This document shows, one piece after another, positions 1 through 7,930 of a DNA stretch of 21,097 bases. The stretch is taken from positions 1 to 21,097 of the forward strand of contig JAJPCT020000011.1 of NCBI GenBank assembly GCA_021323375.2. Direction: 5' to 3'. Numbering within the stretch: the first letter of the stretch is position 1; every line of letters starts with the position of its first letter. The notes under the pieces are model-generated. The model did no database searches. It saw nothing but the letters and a program-made list of their open reading frames with translations, and was not told the origin of the DNA. This DNA comes from Candidatus Wolframiiraptor gerlachensis. GTDB taxonomy: Archaea > Thermoproteota > Nitrososphaeria_A > Caldarchaeales > Wolframiiraptoraceae. The position numbers were made by a program, and so were the translations under genes.

Positions 1-2
1 CT

Positions 3-737
3 AAGGCCGGCATACCCGCCGTTGAGAGGCTAGTATCCAGAAAGAGGATCGATCTGGTTGCGAAGGCCACCGGGGCTAGGCCAGTAGTAAAGCTATCAGA
101 TCTAAAGGAGGAGGATCTCGGCTGGGCCGAGCTCGTGGAGGAGCGGAGGATAGGAAACTACCAAGTCATAGTAGTGGAGGGTGGCGAGAGATCGCAAGTC
201 GCCACAATAATTCTTAGAAGCAGCTCAGAGAAGTTGCTAGATGAGGCGGAGCACGCGCTAAGGGATATTGTGACAACCTTCTCAGTGCTTGCGAAGACTC
301 CCGCATATGTCCCAGGCGGCGGGGCGACCGAGGAGGCAATCTCATTCTACTTGACCAAGGAAGCGGAGAAGCATGAGGGATGGAGGCAGATGGCGATATA
401 CGCTTTTGCAAGCGCCCTCGAGCAGATCCCGATATCCCTCGCCATTAACTCTGGGATGGATCCCGCAGACGCGTTGACAGAACTCAGATCAAAGCACGCC
501 AATTCCCTCCACCATTATGGTATAGACATGTACTCGAGGCGTGTAGCAGACATGTATGAGGCGGGCATAATAGACCCGTTGCCGGTGAAGGAGCATATAC
601 TAAAGACCGCATACGAGATTGCGGCGATGATCCTGAGAGTAGATGAGATAATAGATCGGAGAGGCGCTAAAAGATACGCAGAGGATCACGTGAGGGAAAT
701 AAGGGAGAAAAAGTACGAGATTAAAATCCCTGATTAA
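3..737 (+). CDS. Group II chaperonin (thermosome-like subunit), C-terminal part; 5' end lies outside the window
   Basis: The frame is open from position 3 (KAGIPAVERL...AKATGA...DLGWAELVEER). Thermosome motifs: ATIILR, DEAEHALRD, PGGGATE, FASALEQIP..LA.NSG.D, GIIDPL.VK, A.MILRVDEII. Confidence 0.92.
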   Translation, partial: KAGIPAVERLVSRKRIDLVAKATGARPVVKLSDLKEEDLGWAELVEERRIGNYQVIVVEGGERSQVATIILRSSSEKLLDEAEHALRDIVTTFSVLAKTPAYVPGGGATEEAISFYLTKEAEKHEGWRQMAIYAFASALEQIPISLAINSGMDPADALTELRSKHANSLHHYGIDMYSRRVADMYEAGIIDPLPVKEHILKTAYEIAAMILRVDEIIDRRGAKRYAEDHVREIREKKYEIKIPD

Positions 738-746
738 CCTCGATCA

Positions 747-1241
747 CTAGAGCACTATCTTGATGGGCGGCTTAATCTCCCTGATATCGAGATCCTTTTC
801 TATAGTCTCCGCGCTCAGTATTACGGCGAAGGTGGCCGTCTCAGTCAATGGGAATGGTGGCCAATGCCATGCACCCTTCTTGAATACTATGCCCTTGCTT
901 CCATCAAGTAGGAATGCCTCGATCTCATTTAACGGGACCTCCGCCCTGGGGTTCTCAACATTCCTTGGAGGTGCTACGGGGAATACGCTCACGCCCTCGA
1001 GGGGGATAAATACCTCGGTTATTCTAATATGCCTCTCGATTCTATCTAATGAGAACTCCCGCCTCTTTACCTTAAGAAAGCTCACTTGTGGACTCTCTAT
1101 ATCGAGGTCGGCTATACCACCCCAGTAATCTAGGACAGCATCGGAGATCGTTGGCTTAGCCTCAGGAGCCTCGATCAAAGTTCCATAAGGCTCGAAATTC
1201 TCCCTCGTCAAGGGTTTTACCTTTATCCCCCTAGCGCTCAT
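747..1241 (-). CDS. Ureidoglycolate lyase (AllA)-like cupin protein
   Basis: PLTRENFEPYG N-terminus, ERH...EVFIPL and G..WH motifs typical of the AllA family. Start moved to the ATG at 1241 (MSARGIKV), about 28 nt downstream of a minus-strand AATATAAG box. Confidence 0.75.
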   Translation of the reverse strand: MSARGIKVKPLTRENFEPYGTLIEAPEAKPTISDAVLDYWGGIADLDIESPQVSFLKVKRREFSLDRIERHIRITEVFIPLEGVSVFPVAPPRNVENPRAEVPLNEIEAFLLDGSKGIVFKKGAWHWPPFPLTETATFAVILSAETIEKDLDIREIKPPIKIVL

Positions 1242-1329
1242 AGTGCTAAATATTGTGACCACGGACTTATATTGCTTTACAACATTCATTCGAAATGGTT
1301 AAAAGTAGACGTGTGACTAGCTTATTGGC

Positions 1330-2139
1330 ATGGTGGAAGCTTTAAGCACACGCAGTGAGTTCTACGAAAAAGGAGAAGTCCCATTCCTAAGAGCAGAGAA
1401 TATACACAAGTTCTATGGCTCGGTGCATGCTCTCAAGGGCGTGACGCTTGAGGTATGGAGAGGAGAAGTCGTGGGCCTCCTCGGGGATAATGGAGCCGGT
1501 AAATCAACTCTCGCCGGGATAATAGCTGGCGCGATACCGAAGACGGCTGGCAAGATCTATATAAAAGGGAGGGAAGTGGAGATAAACGGCGTCCAAGACG
1601 CGAGACGGTACGGTATAGAGATGGTTTATCAGGATCACGCTGTTGTTGACGTACTTGACGTGGCCCGAAACATTTTCTTAGGGAGGGAGCTGGTTAAACC
1701 TGGGCTGATAAAACTCTTAGACATGAATAGAATGAGGGCCGAGGCCGAGAAGGCCTTGAGAAACCTCGAGCTTAGGGTTCCACCAGACAGAGAGGTAAAA
1801 TTCCTATCCGGAGGAGAGAGGCAGGGCGTCGCGATCTCTAGGGCCATGTACTTCAAGGCGGAGCTCGTCATACTTGATGAGCCAACTGCCGCCCTCTCCG
1901 TAGCGGCCGCCAGAAAAGTCCTCGACTTCGTCAAGCAACTGAAAAACTCTGGAATAGCCTGCATAATCATCTCACACAACCTGCACCATGTTTACCCAGT
2001 GGCAGATAGGATCGTTGTCCTCAGCAGGGGAGTTAAGATAGCGGACATGAAGAAGGAGGAGACATCAATCGAGGAGCTGGAGGAGATACTGGTGACGGGG
2101 AAGGTTCCAAACTCTAACTCTAGGGGCGCATTATCCTGA
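1330..2139 (+). CDS. Sugar (CUT2-type) ABC transporter ATP-binding protein, single NBD
   Basis: Walker A GDNGAGKST, Q-loop VYQD, signature LSGGERQ, Walker B ILDEPTAAL, H-loop ISHN. Confidence 0.95.
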   Translation: MVEALSTRSEFYEKGEVPFLRAENIHKFYGSVHALKGVTLEVWRGEVVGLLGDNGAGKSTLAGIIAGAIPKTAGKIYIKGREVEINGVQDARRYGIEMVYQDHAVVDVLDVARNIFLGRELVKPGLIKLLDMNRMRAEAEKALRNLELRVPPDREVKFLSGGERQGVAISRAMYFKAELVILDEPTAALSVAAARKVLDFVKQLKNSGIACIIISHNLHHVYPVADRIVVLSRGVKIADMKKEETSIEELEEILVTGKVPNSNSRGALS

Positions 2140-2159
2140 GTTAACCCTTTTTTGTTTTT
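2140..2159 (+). terminator. Oligo-T archaeal terminator between convergent genes
   Basis: GTTAACCCTTTTTTGTTTTT directly after the stop codon of the ATPase gene. Confidence 0.55.
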
Positions 2160-3134
2160 CTAAGCAATTCGCATAAGGATTCTATCCCTTATCTTTTCCC
2201 TTAACATGTTCAATAGTATCCCTATAAGTATGAAGACCCCGACAACGGTCTGCCTTAGGTAGACGTTTATCCCGGTTATAGTCATGGCTAAGGTTAACGT
2301 TGACAAGAAAAACACCGACGCGAAGATATCCTCAATTCTCCCCCTCCCGCCGGTTAACGCCACTCCAGCAAAGATGGCCATAGCAAACCCATCGAAGAGA
2401 TTGAAGTCAAGCATTGCAGGTGTCGTCGCCCCATTGTATCCAACATATAGTATGCCGCTTAGCCCTGCGAGAATTCCTGCAATAACGTGAGCCCGGAATC
2501 TTATGCCATCAACATCTACCCCCATTAGTGCTGATGCTCTCGGATTGCCTCCCACGGCATAGATCCTCATCCCTGTTACTGTCATGTTCATGAATACCCA
2601 GAGCGCCGCTACCACCGAGATAAATATCACCGTAGAATAGCTTATCCCGGGGATTATCTGTCCACCACCAATCATGTTGATCATTTTATCCGGCATGCGC
2701 TCGGCTCCTTCGTAAAGCAGCTTCCTCGCGCCGATGAACACTATGTAAGTCGTAAGTGTGATCAGGAATGAATGGATCCTAATCTTCCTAATCAGAAATC
2801 CATTAAGAGCGCCGAGCCCAGCTCCGATTAATATTGCGAGCAATAGTATGATAGGCCAAGGTGTCCCAGGAAACCATCTGCTCGCGAAAAGTGTGGTGAA
2901 AACTCCCGCGAAGCCCGCAATAGCTGGGATGGAGTTATCAATCGACCCTGCTATAAGGCAGACCCCTATCCCGAGCGCAACAAGCCCCACAGAAACTCCG
3001 CTTCTAATCACGAAATCTATCGCGCCCAAGTCTAGGAAAACACCCGGCAAAATAGCTGCAAAGATTATGAAACCAGCTATCGCGATTAGCCATACAGTTC
3101 TTTCAACGAGAAAAAGTGAGATAGAGGATCTCAT
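2160..3134 (-). CDS. Sugar ABC transporter permease (RbsC-like)
   Basis: Multiple TM helices; motifs GSIDNS, GALNG...SFLITL, G.RIYAVGGNP.AS.LMGV, GVALTGGRG. SD-like GGAGG lies upstream on the minus strand. Confidence 0.93.
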   Translation of the reverse strand: MRSSISLFLVERTVWLIAIAGFIIFAAILPGVFLDLGAIDFVIRSGVSVGLVALGIGVCLIAGSIDNSIPAIAGFAGVFTTLFASRWFPGTPWPIILLLAILIGAGLGALNGFLIRKIRIHSFLITLTTYIVFIGARKLLYEGAERMPDKMINMIGGGQIIPGISYSTVIFISVVAALWVFMNMTVTGMRIYAVGGNPRASALMGVDVDGIRFRAHVIAGILAGLSGILYVGYNGATTPAMLDFNLFDGFAMAIFAGVALTGGRGRIEDIFASVFFLSTLTLAMTITGINVYLRQTVVGVFILIGILLNMLREKIRDRILMRIA

Positions 3135-3286
3135 ATCATCCTCAACCTCCTAGGCTTCTCCGCACTACCGGGCTTGATATTCTTGTTCAAGTCCCTATTT
3201 TAAAGTTTGTCGAGGGTGTAAAATTGCGGCTAATATGCATAAGCAACCATTATATGCGGGCTATATGTGAACTATTCGTTGAGAAT

Positions 3287-4597
3287 ATGTCGGGGGAGCA
3301 GAAAACTGCGGAGCAAAAAGTAAGCAGGAGGCGTTTCATAGGTTATATCGCCGCAGCTGCTGTTGTTGCTGGAGCCGCTGCAGCTGGAGCAACATACTAT
3401 CTTGCTAGACCACCTACACCGACCGCGACCGCCCCTCCAGCCGGTTATGTTAAGAAGTGGCCGACACCTAAGCTCGACTTGAAGAAAGATATCCCATATG
3501 TATGCGCAGCTTTCATAGGTCTAGCTAACCCATGGGATGAATTAAACAGAATTGGAGCAGAGTGGTATTGTAAGGATGTACTTGGATGGAATTTAGAGAT
3601 AGTCTGGCCTGAGGCAGATGTTAAGAGGGAAAATGATGGTGTTGAGATGGCGATTAAGAAGGGCGTGGATGGAATAGTCGCCTGCCCACTTGACAGCCTA
3701 GCAAACGCAAAGATAGGGGAGATGGCAATGAATGCCGATATACCGCTAGTAGAATTCGGAATAGATATGTATCACAGCTGGCCTTTAGCGATGTATCAGC
3801 GAGACGATTATGATAGTGGAAAATTCTGCGCACTCTTTGCCGTGGATGAACTCGTAAGAATGTATGGCAAGGCAGAGGGCAAGGCATTACATATTCACGG
3901 CTATAGGGGATCTATGTCCGACTTCCTCCGAAGCGGAGGATGGATTGACGTGATAAGCCAGTATCCAGATATTCAAAATATTGAGGTTGCAAACTCTTGG
4001 GTTGCCACGGCGGAGTATCCGAAGATCAAGGCAGCCATGGCGGCCAACCCGGATCTGCGAGTAGCTTACGAGGAGATGGGAGGATTCCATGAGTGCGTGG
4101 TAACGGGAGCGAGAGAACTCGGCTGGCCGGAGAAGAAGATACAGGATCTAATCTGCGTGAACTGTGACTTGTTCCCAGTGAATATTATCGGATATGAGGA
4201 GGGTACACAGGATTATTGCCACATGATGCCAACTGGTCCTGATATGCTGACAGAGTGCTTTGAGCAGCTTAGGGAGTTCTGGAAGAAGGGTGCCCCGGAT
4301 TGCATACCGCCAATAGGCGAACCGTTCACGTTTGAGAAATACCTGCCTGAAATGCAGTGGGATGCTGAAGTTGATGGATTCAAGCCGCTTCAGTTCCTGA
4401 AAGACCCCGTCTGGGGCATTGCTGGATCAAAGACGACAAACAAGCAGTATGGCTACTGTCCAGTTAAACCAGCGCCATGTGGCGGGCCCGAGACATCGTG
4501 GGTCGTTATACCCGATAGAATCATCACTAGAGAGGACTACAAGGAACTCTGCATCTACTGGAACTGGCCAATCTGGGGGCTAAAGGCCTGGAAGTAA
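3287..4597 (+). CDS. Sugar ABC transporter substrate-binding protein (Peripla_BP type I) with Tat signal
   Basis: SRRRFIG twin-arginine motif, hydrophobic stretch and Pro/Thr linker, followed by an RbsB-like core (NPW, GVDGIVACP.D, DDY.SG, R..G). Start placed at ATG 3287. Confidence 0.85.
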   Translation: MSGEQKTAEQKVSRRRFIGYIAAAAVVAGAAAAGATYYLARPPTPTATAPPAGYVKKWPTPKLDLKKDIPYVCAAFIGLANPWDELNRIGAEWYCKDVLGWNLEIVWPEADVKRENDGVEMAIKKGVDGIVACPLDSLANAKIGEMAMNADIPLVEFGIDMYHSWPLAMYQRDDYDSGKFCALFAVDELVRMYGKAEGKALHIHGYRGSMSDFLRSGGWIDVISQYPDIQNIEVANSWVATAEYPKIKAAMAANPDLRVAYEEMGGFHECVVTGARELGWPEKKIQDLICVNCDLFPVNIIGYEEGTQDYCHMMPTGPDMLTECFEQLREFWKKGAPDCIPPIGEPFTFEKYLPEMQWDAEVDGFKPLQFLKDPVWGIAGSKTTNKQYGYCPVKPAPCGGPETSWVVIPDRIITREDYKELCIYWNWPIWGLKAWK

Positions 4598-4674
4598 GAA
4601 AACTCGGCGATAAAGCCTCCAATCCACCTCCACCCCCAATTTTTATTTAGCTGCGACCGCTGGGGGAATGTTGC

Positions 4675-5676
4675 ATGGATAAAGATAGGATCGCATTATT
4701 CTGTATAGATAATCTCGTGTGGTTCCTAGTTATAGTTACCTTTGTTATTTTCGCGGCTTTCGTCCCAGCCTTTTACACGCCAGCCGTGATCTTTGCCATA
4801 CTTCAGATTGCCGCTTTCGTCGGCCCCTTGGCCATCGGCTTATACCTCTGCGTCCTCGCAGGGGACTTCGATCTTTCTCTGGAGCAGATAGCGGGCTTGG
4901 CAGCAGTCCTAGTGTGCTGGTTTGTCGAGATCTCGGGGTGGAATCTGCCATACTATGTCGTCTTGACAGTACCCTTCATCGTCGCCCTACTCATCGGGCT
5001 TTCCCAAGGCATGCTCATCGGGAGATTCGGGCTAAACCCATTCCTCATAACCCTCGCCGGCTGGATAATCTGGAGAAGCGTGAAACAATATTTTGGTGGG
5101 GGTCACTACTTCAGCGTAACCAAGCCCGAGTACATCTTCCTCGGCTATGCGAGGATCGCTAACACAATACACGTCTCAACAACGATATTCCTCATTCTAG
5201 CAGTCCTCATCTGGTTCCTTCTTAGATTCACTAAGCTGGGCACTTGGATATCTGCCGTCGGAGCTGCCCCGGGCACCGCCAGCAGACTCGGCGTCAGCCC
5301 TGGAAAGATCAAGATACTAGTCCACACCGTGGCCGCCGTATTAGCAGCCCTAACCGGGATATTCTATGTGGGACAGTTGAGGGGATTCATCCAGCCGAAT
5401 GTCGCCGACTGGGACATCTTCAAGGCATTCATAGCAATAGCCGTGGCCGGTGTCGATATCATGGGAGGCAGAGGCAGGATCTCAAACGTGGTGGGAGGCG
5501 TGATATTCTACGCCATAGTCCTCCAAGGATCTCAGATGCTTGGACTTCCATGGCCCTTCTCCGAGTACATCCTGCCCGGAGGACTAACCCTCCTAGCAGT
5601 TGCGCTCCTTCATAGACTAGACTTCTTCAGGGATATGATAATAGCCCGGAGAGTTAAGGCCGAGCTAGGCTCCTAA
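4675..5676 (+). CDS. Sugar ABC transporter permease (RbsC-like), second subunit
   Basis: Hydrophobic protein with GDFDLS, G.LIGRFGLNPFLITL, G.WI.AVG and GVDIMGGRG motifs. Confidence 0.93.
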   Translation: MDKDRIALFCIDNLVWFLVIVTFVIFAAFVPAFYTPAVIFAILQIAAFVGPLAIGLYLCVLAGDFDLSLEQIAGLAAVLVCWFVEISGWNLPYYVVLTVPFIVALLIGLSQGMLIGRFGLNPFLITLAGWIIWRSVKQYFGGGHYFSVTKPEYIFLGYARIANTIHVSTTIFLILAVLIWFLLRFTKLGTWISAVGAAPGTASRLGVSPGKIKILVHTVAAVLAALTGIFYVGQLRGFIQPNVADWDIFKAFIAIAVAGVDIMGGRGRISNVVGGVIFYAIVLQGSQMLGLPWPFSEYILPGGLTLLAVALLHRLDFFRDMIIARRVKAELGS

Positions 5677-5727
5677 AAATGACGGCCTCTACAAAGATTT
5701 ATTTCGCCGGCCCTCCACAGCTAATCT

Positions 5728-7053
5728 ATGCCCATCTTCCCCATTTACAAGCTTCGTGAGACCTCGGAAAATGATCTCAGGCGTATTTTTGAGAGATCTA
5801 AGATAGATATTAGCAAGGTTGAGGCTGATGTTCGGCGGATAATCGAGGATGTCAGGGCACGTGGTGATGAGGCGATAGCAGAGTTCCTCTCGAGCCAGGT
5901 TGGTAGGACTGTTAGGCCGGAGGAGATCGTTGTAAAGGATGAGGATGTTGGCCGGGCGTATAAGGAGGTGGATCAAAGGGTTCTCAGAGCGATAAGGCAT
6001 ATGGTTAGAAATGTTAGGAGGTTTCATCGAAAGCAGCTTCCAAGGAGCTGGGTGATGAGGGTTGAGGAGGGTGTTTACGCGGGTCAGCTCGTGATCCCGC
6101 TGGAGTCGGCCGGCCTCTACGTCCCATCCGGCAAGGCGACATACCCATCGGTGGCCGTCATGGTTACTATTCCAGCAAGCGTCGCCGGCGTCCCGAGGAT
6201 AGCCGTGGCCTCGCCACCATATCAGAATGAGATGAGGATGGATCCCGCAACGCTTGTCGCAGCCCACCTATCCGGAGCGAATGAGTTCTATATCATGGGT
6301 GGGGCGCACGCGATCGCAGCATTCGCATATGGGACTAAGCTCGTTAAACCGGTCGAGGTCATCGCGGGGCCAGGAGGTCCATACACGTATGCGGCGAAGC
6401 TCATGGTTCGGGATATCGTTAGGATAGACATGCCGGCTGGGCCTAGTGAGGCCCTCGTCTACGCCGATGGAACACTTCCACCTGAGTGGGTTGCATGGGA
6501 CTTTCTTAACGAGGCTGAGCATGGGCCCGACTCCGCCGCAATCCTCCTCACAACCTCGATGGATTATGCTGAGCGCGTCTCACAGGAGCTGGATAAGGCT
6601 GTTGAGATGCTCCCGGAGCCTAGGAGGAGCTATGTCTTAGAGAATGCCGGCAAGTATAGCGCGATAATCGTCGTAGAGAGCTTGGAGGAGGCCGTAGATT
6701 TCATGAATAGATATGCGCCAGAGCACCTTCTCATAGACAGCAGAAACGCTCGGAGCATATTCAGAAGGATTAGAGATAAGCTGAGGAATTTTGGGACGCT
6801 CTGCCTCAACACGCCGATCTCAGCCGGGAACTATGGGGTCGGGCCGAATGCAACCCTGCCAACCGGGGGGTATGCGAGGCTATACTCAGGCTTGAATGTC
6901 GACGTCTTCCTGAAGAAGCCCACGGTCGAGGAGGTTAGGGGGAGGAGGGGCTTCAAGAGGATGCTTGAGACCGTGACGGCGCTCGCCGAGTATGAGGGGT
7001 TCCCCGCTCACGCCAAATCCATGGAGGTCAGGATTAAGAGTAAGAGTAGTTAG
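5728..7053 (+). CDS. hisD: Histidinol dehydrogenase family protein with a variant active site
   Basis: GLYVPSG.A.YPS, GGAHAIAA.AYGT, IDMPAGPSE, AEH, APEHL, LPTGG, EG..AH motifs; located in the his cluster. Confidence 0.88.
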   Translation: MPIFPIYKLRETSENDLRRIFERSKIDISKVEADVRRIIEDVRARGDEAIAEFLSSQVGRTVRPEEIVVKDEDVGRAYKEVDQRVLRAIRHMVRNVRRFHRKQLPRSWVMRVEEGVYAGQLVIPLESAGLYVPSGKATYPSVAVMVTIPASVAGVPRIAVASPPYQNEMRMDPATLVAAHLSGANEFYIMGGAHAIAAFAYGTKLVKPVEVIAGPGGPYTYAAKLMVRDIVRIDMPAGPSEALVYADGTLPPEWVAWDFLNEAEHGPDSAAILLTTSMDYAERVSQELDKAVEMLPEPRRSYVLENAGKYSAIIVVESLEEAVDFMNRYAPEHLLIDSRNARSIFRRIRDKLRNFGTLCLNTPISAGNYGVGPNATLPTGGYARLYSGLNVDVFLKKPTVEEVRGRRGFKRMLETVTALAEYEGFPAHAKSMEVRIKSKSS

Positions 7054-7724
7054 TCGGGCGTCTCCTTCACACCGGCTATGCTCCCTCTCCTCCACTCATC
7101 CCTGCTGAGGAGCATTCTTAGAGCATTTCCGAATGCCCTGAATGCGGATTCCCAATGGTGGTGTGGGTCCTCGCCCCTCTTGAGCTCTAGCTGGATTGTG
7201 GCGCCCATTCCCTGTGAGAAGCCCTGGAAGAATGCTGCGAGAAAGCTCTCCTCAATACCCTCGACTAGGCCGAATCTCTCGATCTCCGGATTCTTGTGAA
7301 TGTAACAGCCGGCCCGTCCCTCAAATGATATTCTGGCCTCTGAGGCAGCCTCATCCAGCATCCCTTGGCTGAAGCCGAATCCCATTATGCCATGCTCCTC
7401 GATCCTCTTGAGCGCCATGGCCCGCATCGCCCTGCCGAGCGTTATCCCGGCATCTTCGGCCACCGTATGCTGGAGCCTTCGCCCAGACCTCACCTCAAGA
7501 TCTATGTTCAACCCCGAGTAAAAGGCTAGGATCTCGATCATGTGGTCGAGGAAGTCCATGCCCGTGTTTATCCTCCACTCCCTCCTTGGCCCAGCCTCAA
7601 TCCTACAAGTGATCTCGGTCTCCCTAGTCCTCCTAAGAACCTCGGCGCAATTTACATCCACCCGAAGAACCTTTACCCCAAGATCGTCCCTTCCCCCAGA
7701 CATCAAGGCCGACTCCGCATCCAT
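7050..7724 (-). CDS. hisB: Imidazoleglycerol-phosphate dehydratase (divergent)
   Basis: R.TRETEI, TG..FLDHMI, EDAGITLG, LDEA and HH..E..F.A motifs. Its stop codon overlaps the hisD stop. Confidence 0.85.
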   Translation of the reverse strand: MDAESALMSGGRDDLGVKVLRVDVNCAEVLRRTRETEITCRIEAGPRREWRINTGMDFLDHMIEILAFYSGLNIDLEVRSGRRLQHTVAEDAGITLGRAMRAMALKRIEEHGIMGFGFSQGMLDEAASEARISFEGRAGCYIHKNPEIERFGLVEGIEESFLAAFFQGFSQGMGATIQLELKRGEDPHHHWESAFRAFGNALRMLLSRDEWRRGSIAGVKETPD

Positions 7725-7769
7725 CTATGACCTAGATAAGAATTGCCTTCCAACCCGGCCGCATGAATG

Positions 7770-7910
7770 TTTAAAGCTCTCCGAGATACGGGTTAGGCCG
7801 CTGGGAGAGGGGTTGGTGATGGAATTCCAACATATCTCCCGAGCCCGGTGAATGGGCTCAACCCTGACATATGCCGTCCATCACGGAGCATATCTCGTGA
7901 AGCAGCTTTT
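7770..7910 (+). promoter_or_regulatory. TATA box plus a structured leader or sRNA candidate upstream of hisG
   Basis: TTTAAA at 7770-7775, three hairpins within 7803-7893, a T-run at 7907-7910, then SD-like GGAGGTG/AGGAGG. Confidence 0.45.
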
Positions 7911-7930
7911 ATGGGAGGTGTTAGGAGGCT

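Noticed and set aside
5689-6267. 192-aa minus-strand ORF
   Set aside because: Antisense to hisD with no independent support.
7812-7884. Fluoride (crcB), ZTP or PRPP riboswitch upstream of hisG
   Set aside because: GGUGAUGG resembles the fluoride aptamer start, but the matching P1 3' strand and CUGAUGAC element are missing; the conserved ZTP and ykkC-type motifs are not seen.
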